This document shows, in pieces, positions 18,908 to 27,166 of a DNA stretch of 32,764 nt. Location of the stretch: positions 1 through 32,764 of the forward strand of contig JAFGGO010000082.1 of assembly GCA_016930515.1 (NCBI GenBank). The letters are read 5' to 3'. Each line of letters begins with the position of its first letter. Within the stretch, counting starts at the first letter, position 1. The position numbers and the translations under genes were made by a program. The stretch is from Promethearchaeota archaeon. GTDB taxonomy: Archaea; Asgardarchaeota; Lokiarchaeia; Sigyniarchaeales; SOKP01. A model generated the notes under the pieces. That model was given only the letters and a program-made list of their open reading frames with translations. It did not search any database and had not been told where the DNA came from.

Positions 18908-20521
18908 TTACTTGTTTTTATCTTTCACGATCATGTTCAATCCTTTCAGGACTGACAAGACGGAACTCATCACCACATCTTCGTGAGTGGCGCTTGTTTT
19001 AATGATCCTGTTTGAATCGAGGTCCATCAATTCGATCGAGACGTGGCCCAAAGCGTCAGTTCCGCCCGTGACCGCATCTATATTGTATTCTAATAGTTTT
19101 ATCTTGCTCATCGGCTCGAAACACTTGACGATTGCTTTTATCGATGCGTCCACGGGACCTACCCCCACGGAAGAAGCAACTCGTTCGATATAATCACCGT
19201 TTTTACGTATTTTAAGTTTCACGGTTGATGTCGGGATTATAGAGCCGGTCAAGGCCGTTAGTTCTTCGAGGATCACATATTTCTCTTCCTCTGGAAGTTC
19301 TCCTAAGACGTCCTTGACGATTGCAAGAAAATCCTCTTCCGAGACTTCGTGTCCCTTGTCTCCAAAACGCTTGACATGATCCATGATTTTTTCAAATTGC
19401 GAATCAGATGTTGGAATGCCCATCTCCTGTAATTTTGCCTTGAGTGCGTGTCCGCCCGTATGCTTGCCAAGCTTGATAGATGCCCTTACGATGTCTTCAA
19501 CTGCGTCAGAGCGCTTTATTCCGATCAATTCGGGCGTGATGGGCTCGAATGCTCGAGCGTGCTGAATCATTGCGTGAGCGTGTATTCCAGATTCGTGGGC
19601 GAAAGCATTTTGACCAATCAACGGTTGAAGTCTTCCGATTTTTACCTTACCCCCACAAAAACTTTCTATCAGTTTTGCTGTGGGAAATATTTTTCTGGTA
19701 TTCACATTCATCGGAATTTGATAAAGGGCGTAAAGAGACATTGCCGTTTCTTCAAATGAAGCGTTTCCAGCTCGTTCCCCCAATCCCATTATCGTTGTTT
19801 GTGCTTCTGACGCACCGTTTTCAAATCCAGCTAGAGTATTAGCTACAGCAAGACCAAAATCGTTGTGACAATGGACAGCAATTCGTACATTTTTTGGTAG
19901 CGCCTCGTAATTTTTCCGAATGATGTAACCAAATGCATTGGGAGTAATTGTTCCAACAGTATCAGGAATGTTCACGCGCGTGGCACCACATTCAACAGCA
20001 GTTAAATTCGCTTTAATTAAATAATCCAAATCGGTGCGAGTTGCATCCATGGCCGAAAATAAAACCGTGGAATAATGTTCCTTTGCATACGTAACTTCTC
20101 TAATGATACTGTCAATGACTTCTTGTCTAGTCATTTTCATTTGTTCTTTTAAATGCAAATCCGATGTTGATATAAAGACATGAATGCTATCCATGTCGGC
20201 TTCAATTACCTTATCGATATCAACCCTTTTCATTCGAGCAAGCCCCATTATTTCAGAACTTAAACCGATTTTTGCTATATCTTTACATGCAGCAAAATCA
20301 CCCTCTGATGTAATGGGAAATCCTGCTTCGATAATGTCAATTCCTAAATTACTTAGTGCTTCAGCAATTGAAATCTTTTCTTCGTGAGTAAAACTAATAC
20401 CAGGTGTTTGTTCTCCGTCTCTCAATGTTGTATCGAAGAAATACGCCTTCTCAGGAAGGTTTAACGATCCTCGAATCTTTTCCATCATGTCAGACACATA
20501 TATATCCTTTTTTTCCGTCAT
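18908..20521 (-). CDS. leuA: 2-isopropylmalate synthase with C-terminal regulatory domain
   Basis: DTTLRDGEQ.PG, HCHNDFGLAVAN, GLGERAGN, FAHESGIH, GPVDA and TGGTDA. The upstream Leu-rich leader favours LeuA over CimA/AksA. Confidence 0.9.
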   Translation of the reverse strand: MTEKKDIYVSDMMEKIRGSLNLPEKAYFFDTTLRDGEQTPGISFTHEEKISIAEALSNLGIDIIEAGFPITSEGDFAACKDIAKIGLSSEIMGLARMKRVDIDKVIEADMDSIHVFISTSDLHLKEQMKMTRQEVIDSIIREVTYAKEHYSTVLFSAMDATRTDLDYLIKANLTAVECGATRVNIPDTVGTITPNAFGYIIRKNYEALPKNVRIAVHCHNDFGLAVANTLAGFENGASEAQTTIMGLGERAGNASFEETAMSLYALYQIPMNVNTRKIFPTAKLIESFCGGKVKIGRLQPLIGQNAFAHESGIHAHAMIQHARAFEPITPELIGIKRSDAVEDIVRASIKLGKHTGGHALKAKLQEMGIPTSDSQFEKIMDHVKRFGDKGHEVSEEDFLAIVKDVLGELPEEEKYVILEELTALTGSIIPTSTVKLKIRKNGDYIERVASSVGVGPVDASIKAIVKCFEPMSKIKLLEYNIDAVTGGTDALGHVSIELMDLDSNRIIKTSATHEDVVMSSVLSVLKGLNMIVKDKNK

Positions 20522-20558
20522 TTTTCTTCTACCTATTTTAATTTAACGCTATTTAAAC

Positions 20559-20605
20559 GCCTCCCCTGTTCGCAAGGTATTACCGCTCGCAAAACGAGAA
20601 GAGGC
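20559..20605 (-). promoter_or_regulatory. GC-rich hairpin in the leuA leader
   Basis: GCCUCUUCU/AGGGGAGGC, GUU/AAC, UGCGA/UUGCG and GGU-AAU-ACC. The G-U pairs work on the minus (mRNA) strand. Confidence 0.75.
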
Positions 20606-20608
20606 TTC

Positions 20609-20716
20609 TCATAATAATAATAAAAGTTCAGGTAACATTAACAACGATTGAAGTGAAGAAAGTCCACTTGATGGTTTTTCAAGCGATCTAGAAATAAATT
20701 CTTGCGTGGCTTTCAT
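20609..20716 (-). CDS. Putative leucine-sensing leader peptide (35 aa)
   Basis: MKATQEFISRSLEKPSSGLSSLQSLLMLPELLLLL*; ends CTT TTA TTA TTA TTA TGA, 87 nt upstream of leuA. Confidence 0.75.
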   Translation of the reverse strand: MKATQEFISRSLEKPSSGLSSLQSLLMLPELLLLL

Positions 20717-20762
20717 TGCTATTTCAGTTAAAAAATGTTGCTAATTACATTCCTTAATACGT

Positions 20763-20783
20763 GCATAAATTAATAATTTATGC
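20763..20783. promoter_or_regulatory. Perfect 10-1-10 palindrome, candidate operator
   Basis: GCATAAATTA-A-TAATTTATGC. Confidence 0.4.
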
Positions 20784-20817
20784 TTTGAGAAAATAACTTG
20801 CGATAATAAAATAAATA

Positions 20818-20933
20818 TGGCGCACCCGGTGGGATTCGAACCCACGCGCAGTTTCCTGCACTGGATATCTGGTATTAAAGGCGATAACAATTCAATTCCA
20901 GTCCAGCGTCTTACCGGGCTAGGCTACAGGTGC
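20818..20933 (-). tRNA. tRNA-Ser(GGA) with 29-nt canonical 37/38 intron (20867-20895)
   Basis: GCACCTG/CGGGTGC acceptor, G discriminator plus encoded CCA, CTGGA-CT-GGA-A^A-TCCAG anticodon arm, long variable arm, BHB helix CTGG/CCAG. Confidence 0.93.
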
Positions 20934-21115
20934 TTTAAGACAGATCCAAAATTCAAATCCTATATTAGTAACCATCGCGCAAATCATTAAAACTTTTTGC
21001 TTGATATTCTTTTAAGGCGCTGGCGCACAATTAAATAAAAGGGAAATAAAAAATAAAAAAAATTGAGAAAAATAGGAGTGAATCGTTCCAAGATAACGCT
21101 CGTTCTCTTTAGAAA

Positions 21116-21388
21116 TCACTTCGTTGGGACAGAAAAAGTTTCGTTCATCTTTTTCGTGAGTTTTGCTTTCTTGATTGCAGCCTCGACTGCTTCGTGGTTT
21201 GCACCCTTTTGGATCTCAATCGTTTCGGCAAGGGGTTCCACATGTTTATAATTCGTCCGTCTCCTTCGAACTGCCAGCCCGTCAATGAGCAAATAGTTCT
21301 TGTCAATAACATCAACGATAACGCAGTATTTTCCGGCTTCTCGTCCCATTGTTTTTACGCATAATCTTCCAATATCGTAAACGCTCAT
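21116..21388 (-). CDS. rpl14e: 50S ribosomal protein eL14
   Basis: IGRLCVKTMGREAGKYCVIVDVIDKNYLLIDG...VRRRR.N..H.EP; SD GGTGA. Confidence 0.96.
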   Translation of the reverse strand: MSVYDIGRLCVKTMGREAGKYCVIVDVIDKNYLLIDGLAVRRRRTNYKHVEPLAETIEIQKGANHEAVEAAIKKAKLTKKMNETFSVPTK

Positions 21389-21410
21389 AATTCGTCACCA
21401 AATTATTTGA

Positions 21411-21466
21411 AGCTCTCGTTTCTTTACTTGCTTGAATTTTCCCAAGTAAAGAAAGTTCGTTAAGCT
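21411..21466 (-). promoter_or_regulatory. Hairpin with K-turn-like internal loop in the rpl14e leader
   Basis: AGCUU-AAC-GA-AC-[12-bp perfect stem, 12-nt loop]-C-GA-GAGCU. Confidence 0.55.
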
Positions 21467-21566
21467 AAAATTAAAAATTAAGCATGAAATAAATTTCTTA
21501 CTTTTTCTAAGTATGTCGAGCTTGATATAAATTACGATTTAAATCATTCAGAAAGTACCAAATAAG

Positions 21567-22100
21567 TTAGAGTTTTTTTATGTTATCAAGAATGTTCTTT
21601 ACGATTTCCTCAATTGTCATGTTTTCGGTTTCAAGGACTAAATCGTGAATCTCTCTTGCTTTAATGGTGTCCCCCAAGTCAATACCATAAAGCTCCTTAA
21701 ATCGTTCTTTCTCGGAGGTCTCTCTAAGAGTAGTTTCTTTAAATTTTTCCTCATAGGATGTTTTATCTCGATCTGCCATTCGCTTGACTCTCGTTTCAAT
21801 GGGACAGGCAAGGAGAATTTTAAAATCTGCCTTCGTTTCTAATATATATCCGCTCAGTTGGCTATCTATGACGATATTTCCTTCTTTTGCGAGCTCTACT
21901 ATTTTTTCGTCTAATTCCTTGTCAATTTTAGGGTTGTTCTCTGCGTGAGCAGTAAATTCTTCTAGCGTCATTTCATGATCCATTGCAAGATCGCGAAACG
22001 CTTGTCCCGTCGAATAATATCGTAAACCGAGAGATTTTGCGATTCTTTTTCCGACGGTTGACTTTCCAGTTCCGTGCAAGCCAGAAATCGTGATTATCAT
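21567..22100 (-). CDS. cmk: Archaeal cytidylate kinase
   Basis: IITISGLHGTGKST, STGQAFR.LA, ID..LD and RFKELYGID; lies between rpl34e and rpl14e. Confidence 0.93.
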   Translation of the reverse strand: MIITISGLHGTGKSTVGKRIAKSLGLRYYSTGQAFRDLAMDHEMTLEEFTAHAENNPKIDKELDEKIVELAKEGNIVIDSQLSGYILETKADFKILLACPIETRVKRMADRDKTSYEEKFKETTLRETSEKERFKELYGIDLGDTIKAREIHDLVLETENMTIEEIVKNILDNIKKL

Positions 22101-22161
22101 GATTGAATATTGGTTTCGGAATTTCCCAATTTTCGTGTAATAGAAAAAGAGAGTAAAAAGC

Positions 22162-22431
22162 TTATTGATGATAAATTGCGTTTTTAATCAATCCTTGGAG
22201 GCACTTAGCACAATATCGACCACCTTCAAGGCGATTTGCTTTTCGAGCGGTGAGATCCGTCTTTTTCATTTCAGAAGGGCGAAGCTGTGGTATGGACTGA
22301 AGTGGAGTTTTACAAATCGCGCATTGACTCTTATGAGGTTTTTTCCTCCAATAATGAGTCACATTCTTGTTTCCAGGAGTCCTTAAGGCGTGTCGTTTCT
22401 GAGCCTTTGATCGTAATCCAGGTCGTGGCAT
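22162..22431 (-). CDS. rpl34e: 50S ribosomal protein eL34
   Basis: MPRPGLRS...RTPG...CAIC..PL...R..GG..C..CL. Start set at ATG 22431. Confidence 0.95.
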   Translation of the reverse strand: MPRPGLRSKAQKRHALRTPGNKNVTHYWRKKPHKSQCAICKTPLQSIPQLRPSEMKKTDLTARKANRLEGGRYCAKCLQGLIKNAIYHQ

Positions 22432-22601
22432 AGTTGTTTTCACTCGTGAGTATTATTTTCTTAACTAATGATTTTTATAAATACGATATCTAATAATAAT
22501 TTTATCATTTTAAAATTCTACTATTAACTCTTAATATAATGTTCTAGGCATTCAGGAATGAAATAGAAAAAATTAATTAATAATTAAAAACTAGGACAGA
22601 C

Positions 22602-23516
22602 CTACATCATGAATACGGGTCTTAGGAAAAAATAAAAAATAGCAATAATGACTCCCACGATGTACGACGACACGACCACTCGATACGTCGAAGAGTTAGA
22701 GAGCTCCCTGATGGCTATCGCCATGAGCGAGGGAACCCATAACATGATGATTAAGGCTTCCATTGCGTAAATTGCGGCCCATACAGCGAAATTTTCCTTG
22801 AAGACGAAGTCTAAACCCGCTTGGTCCATTAATATATTGTTAGGAAAAGCAACTCCGAGGATAATGATTTCGACGAGATATATCACGATAAATGGAACGA
22901 ACGCACAGAGCATCATCTTTCTCTTGTGAGCTTGTTGTTGCTGGAGCACTCCCCCCTTGTAGATGCTGAAAACACTCATTTCAGCTTCCTGATATTGTTC
23001 AGTTTTTTCTTCCGATTTCTTCCCAAATCGAGATTCCAACTTCTTTGAATAGTCAACGGCGTAATTCGCACCGCGAGTGAATAACCACATCACGACCTGA
23101 AAAAATAGAAGGTGGTAAAGCGTTCCAAAAATAAAACCCGCAATGAATCCCATCCAGGGAATCCAATAGATGTTTGCTTCTACTGAATAATCCTCTATCC
23201 TGAAATGTGAAAAAAGTGCCATCCAGCTAAAAGCGTATAATAAAACAATTACCCAAAAAATGACATTACCAGGAGCTTTTTTTCGCATGTGATTGATGTC
23301 CCAAAAAGCGCGGGGCGAATTAGTGAACAAGTAATACCACTTCAAGTACCAAGGATAAGGAGCGGTCCATTCTTCTTCGATTCGCTTCCAGAAAAATATT
23401 TTCTCGACAGCTTCGACCCTTAGGCGCTTTCCGCAGAATGTGCAGACATAATTTGTAGCTTTATTTTCGTTTCCACATTTTGGACATCTTTGAGTTGATC
23501 GGCTCGGACTTAGCAT
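22602..23516 (-). CDS. Zinc-ribbon + Yip1-like five-TM membrane protein
   Basis: CPKCG...CTFCG, then LFTNSPRAF (Yip1-type P...F amphipathic motif) and about 5 TM helices. Confidence 0.6.
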   Translation of the reverse strand: MLSPSRSTQRCPKCGNENKATNYVCTFCGKRLRVEAVEKIFFWKRIEEEWTAPYPWYLKWYYLFTNSPRAFWDINHMRKKAPGNVIFWVIVLLYAFSWMALFSHFRIEDYSVEANIYWIPWMGFIAGFIFGTLYHLLFFQVVMWLFTRGANYAVDYSKKLESRFGKKSEEKTEQYQEAEMSVFSIYKGGVLQQQQAHKRKMMLCAFVPFIVIYLVEIIILGVAFPNNILMDQAGLDFVFKENFAVWAAIYAMEALIIMLWVPSLMAIAIRELSNSSTYRVVVSSYIVGVIIAIFYFFLRPVFMM

Positions 23517-23603
23517 TAGTTACTCCTGCGTTTCGTATTAATGAATATATAATAAAACAATTATTATAAAAAATTTGTCTTAATTTTTCTTGAATGCATG
23601 TAT

Positions 23604-24671
23604 CTATTCGAATAAAATCTCGAAAGTTCCATTTTCTTGCTTGATTAGTTGATACTCTCGATTCGTGAACAATTTCGTTAGTTCCAGATTTGTCCGAGCG
23701 TGGCTGGTGATTTCCATTACTTTTATAGATGATGTGCCTTTGGCGAATCCCATGAGAGGAATTAATTGATCGCTGAGGTAATTATCAACTGGCACGCCTT
23801 TCTCGATGTATTTAAAAAGCTCTATTGCGGCGTGCTCTCCCAGGCGTTCAGAAGTAATACTTTTTTCACCCAAGATCGTTCCAGAAGAGATTAAAGCGCC
23901 CGTGTTAGATCGTGCCCATAAAAAGATCGCAACACCAGGACTTAGAGAGTCCACGGGATTTATTTCAATTTCTATCGGCAGGTTGAGTTTGTTTTTCAAG
24001 GTTCTGACAGCTGATTTTTTCACGCGTTCTGCCACATTGCTCTTATTCCGATCGAGGCTCTTGGTGATCGTGATTTCCCCTTGAATTAGATCCAAACCAC
24101 CCAAATGCGTGAGATTAATCGGTTTCATTGGTTCGCTCGAAGCTTCCACAAGACATCGAACTCTCGCTCCCCCTTTAGGATACCAACCGTGCTCGTCGAT
24201 CTGAAGCCGGATTTTTAACCCAGCTGCTTCGAAGCGGGGATATACAATTCGCTCCAAATAATTAAGGCTAGGAGCCCATTTTCCAAAGGTACCGCCACCA
24301 TCTAAATTTATCTCGAATTTCTTGTTTTTCAATCCTAAACTTGCAATCTGGACCGGTTGAAGGAGGAGACCCAAGCTAGCGGCCGTGTTGACCTTTATCC
24401 AAACCTTGTCAAGGAATGTATCGTTTGGATCGAAAGAAACCTCAACGGAACCGACAGAGCACTCACTAAGCGTGCTCCCCGTCAAGTTTGCCAATGTCTT
24501 GAGACCTAAAAGGTGCTGAAGTCTCATCCCAGGCTTGGGTCGATTCGCTCGTATGTTTTTGATCGATATTGGTCGTTGGTACAGGACGGAATATCCCGCG
24601 CTCAAGCGTAAGATGGCGCCCCCTCCTTCCCCGAAGGAGCCGTCGATATTTAAACTTTTATTTTCATTCAC
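23604..24671 (-). CDS. rtcA: RNA 3'-terminal phosphate cyclase
   Basis: IDGSFGEGGG.ILR, IRANRPKPG...QH, GGT, GWYPKGG, DQL and the catalytic His in TSHARTN. Confidence 0.95.
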   Translation of the reverse strand: MNENKSLNIDGSFGEGGGAILRLSAGYSVLYQRPISIKNIRANRPKPGMRLQHLLGLKTLANLTGSTLSECSVGSVEVSFDPNDTFLDKVWIKVNTAASLGLLLQPVQIASLGLKNKKFEINLDGGGTFGKWAPSLNYLERIVYPRFEAAGLKIRLQIDEHGWYPKGGARVRCLVEASSEPMKPINLTHLGGLDLIQGEITITKSLDRNKSNVAERVKKSAVRTLKNKLNLPIEIEINPVDSLSPGVAIFLWARSNTGALISSGTILGEKSITSERLGEHAAIELFKYIEKGVPVDNYLSDQLIPLMGFAKGTSSIKVMEITSHARTNLELTKLFTNREYQLIKQENGTFEILFE

Positions 24672-25803
24672 TTTTTTTCTCCGAGGAATGTATGATTCTT
24701 TCTAATCCATTAAATTGAAGCATTAATTCTATTACTTCTTTTGGTACTAATTTCTTCCAAGATTTATTATCTTTTTTGATAAGTTGTCGCACATGTGAAC
24801 TATTGAATTTTTTTTTAAAAATTTCAATTTTTTTCCCAACGACATAACCCTCGTTAGAAAATAAGGCCCTGACCCAGTTGCTATTTGAATACACCACATC
24901 AATGTCTCCTACGATCGATATCACATGAGAGATCCATTTCTTTGCGTTAAAGATATCGGGAATGTTAAAAATTTCGTATCGATGGGGTGAAATATTCCTC
25001 CGTTTCAAGGCAGCTTCTATGAATTGCCTTCTTTCGTCGCCCGAAAAAGGATCGTTCTCTGCATCCGACAGTTGCGAGCTTCCAATGCCTATCTTGATTT
25101 TTTTACACGAATTCAAGATGTTCCGTAGGACAAACACGTGTCCGTGGTGAAGCGGTTGGAATCTCCCAATAAAAAGACCTATCTTGGATTTTTGGGCACC
25201 ATTATCTCCCGATCTTTCGAATAAATCGTTTATATTCGTTTTCATGAGAAGTTTCCAAATCTTTTTTGAACGATCGATATTTTTTTCGTTTTGAAGTATT
25301 ATTTCGAGTTCTCCTTGGGTGTAAAATCTACTATGATGCTCGTCAAGTTCTATGGGATCTGGTACGAGCATAACATCACGATCTATCACGGCAAGAAAAG
25401 TATAGGAAATTTCCTTTGTTAAGTTGTCTTCTTCTTCTTTTAAATTACAAAATTTTACCTTTTTAACATGACGCTCTGCAACACCAAATTCTTCTTCTAA
25501 TTCTCTCAAGGCGTTTATTTTAATCGCATTTAGGTCGAGATTTTTTTGATACAAGACGTGACCAGAAGCCGTATCGGTAAAATACTCCGGATAGGATCTT
25601 TTGTGCTTGCTCCGCTTTTGAACTAGGTAGAATACCTCGTTTTTTGAGTCGAAGGCCACGGCAAATAAACGTATGATGAGGTGGGGTATTTTTTTGTCGT
25701 GTGCTTCCTTTCTTTTTAAGGGAAACACATATTTTGAAATTTGACCTGATTGCAAGTATTTTGCGTTTTCTTCTCGAATGCAAGCGATTATTTCATCTTC
25801 CAT
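24664..25803 (-). CDS. Nudix hydrolase (IDI/YfcD-like) fused to C-terminal NMN adenylyltransferase
   Basis: N-terminus: R.EAH...H, QKRS..K..YP, SGH, RELEEEFG. C-terminus: FIGRFQPLHHGH, IGIGSSQ, PFS..ER, SS.VR. Confidence 0.88.
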   Translation of the reverse strand: MEDEIIACIREENAKYLQSGQISKYVFPLKRKEAHDKKIPHLIIRLFAVAFDSKNEVFYLVQKRSKHKRSYPEYFTDTASGHVLYQKNLDLNAIKINALRELEEEFGVAERHVKKVKFCNLKEEEDNLTKEISYTFLAVIDRDVMLVPDPIELDEHHSRFYTQGELEIILQNEKNIDRSKKIWKLLMKTNINDLFERSGDNGAQKSKIGLFIGRFQPLHHGHVFVLRNILNSCKKIKIGIGSSQLSDAENDPFSGDERRQFIEAALKRRNISPHRYEIFNIPDIFNAKKWISHVISIVGDIDVVYSNSNWVRALFSNEGYVVGKKIEIFKKKFNSSHVRQLIKKDNKSWKKLVPKEVIELMLQFNGLERIIHSSEKKSE

Positions 25804-25877
25804 TAATGATCTATTGGTATTCGTGTTCCTTAAACCTTTAGGTGGTAAAAATCATTTCTCTTGATTTAATGATCGAA

Positions 25878-26993
25878 TTACTCTTGGTTTTTAATTTTTT
25901 TTAGAAAATAGGTTGTGTATTGAAGATTACTTTGAGGACACGCTTCTATACAAAGACCGCAACCAACACAGTCTATTGATTTTACAGGTTCTCCCTTAGA
26001 AGCTCTTGATAATATATCGATGGACATCTTACAAGCATCGTTACAGAGACCACATTCAGTACATTGGGTCAATCCCGTCAAGATTTTTTGCCCACTAATC
26101 CTTCCGATAATTCCGATGAACGTTCCAGCAGGACAATAATAACAATAACTCCTTCCTCCTATTACCATCCATCCTAAAAGCATCAATATCAGCTCGAACA
26201 TAAGATATTTGTAGAGTTCAATATTTTTTAAAATCTCCAATGAGGGAATTATACGCACATCAAAGATTACTAAAATCCACGCCAAGATGAGGAGCAGATT
26301 AACCACGATAAAAACGATTTGAAATATTTTTAGAAATTTTTTAACCTTCTTTTTGACTGCTTTCGACTTGGGTCGCTCTTTATCGAGAGTGATTAGGGGC
26401 AAGAAATCTCCAAAAGATTCTGCGTGACACCCATTCATTGGACAAATTAAACTACAAAACCAGCGCCTTCCAAACAAAACCACTCCGGTAAAAACAACTA
26501 CTTGAAAAATAATGTAAATAATAAGGCTAATTTGAACACTAATTTCCCCAAAAATATTAATAAAGGATGTGTTATACACGGATCCCGTGAGAATCAATTG
26601 GAATGGGGCGGTACTCCACGGAAACGGCATGAACAGTAAAAATAATTCAAACGAATTGGCTAATATGGGAACAATAACGAGTAAAATCAAAAGAGAAGCA
26701 CAGAAACTTGATAAACTCACGATTCGAAATCGGGATATGGTTTTTTTTAACAATTTTAAGCGTTTTATCGTAATAAAACTGAAGAAAATCACGATTAAAG
26801 TCCTTGCAATGTGTTCGTATAAAATATAGGAAATGTGAATGACATCTTGCATAGAAGGATCAAGTCTCTTACTCAAGACGCTATTAAGAAACCCAACAAC
26901 AAAACCAATTGCTATGAAAACAATAATGAGGACTTGAGCTATCCTTGTATAAAAATTTGCTTTTAATCTTGATATATTTTTAAAATCGCTCAT
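25878..26993 (-). CDS. NapH/MauN-like membrane 4Fe-4S protein
   Basis: GRRWFCSLICP and GRSYCYYCP, plus two CxxCxxCxxxC motifs and multiple TMs. Confidence 0.85.
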   Translation of the reverse strand: MSDFKNISRLKANFYTRIAQVLIIVFIAIGFVVGFLNSVLSKRLDPSMQDVIHISYILYEHIARTLIVIFFSFITIKRLKLLKKTISRFRIVSLSSFCASLLILLVIVPILANSFELFLLFMPFPWSTAPFQLILTGSVYNTSFINIFGEISVQISLIIYIIFQVVVFTGVVLFGRRWFCSLICPMNGCHAESFGDFLPLITLDKERPKSKAVKKKVKKFLKIFQIVFIVVNLLLILAWILVIFDVRIIPSLEILKNIELYKYLMFELILMLLGWMVIGGRSYCYYCPAGTFIGIIGRISGQKILTGLTQCTECGLCNDACKMSIDILSRASKGEPVKSIDCVGCGLCIEACPQSNLQYTTYFLKKIKNQE

Positions 26994-27166
26994 TTTTCTA
27001 ACGAAAAGGATGCAATAATAGATTAATGTTTCTTATTTGGACAGAAAAGAATAAAAAGGTTTAGTTATCTTTTTTAGAAAGAAGTCTGATTTATAAAAAA
27101 AAAACTTAATTTTGAAAAATTTATTGAAATATAAATTAATCAATACAATAGGGGAAAAGAAACCAG

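Noticed and set aside
20549-20611. Sec readthrough of the leader UGA, since a hairpin follows it
   Set aside because: Readthrough hits TAG about 20 codons later without reaching leuA, and there is no selenoprotein motif.
21411-21466. SECIS interpretation of the hairpin
   Set aside because: The core is ACGA rather than RUGA, and cmk, rpl34e and rpl14e have no in-frame UGA.
23604-24671. Possible inactive Rcl1-like cyclase
   Set aside because: The catalytic His (TSHARTN) and the RxxRxxPG motif are intact, so this is RtcA.
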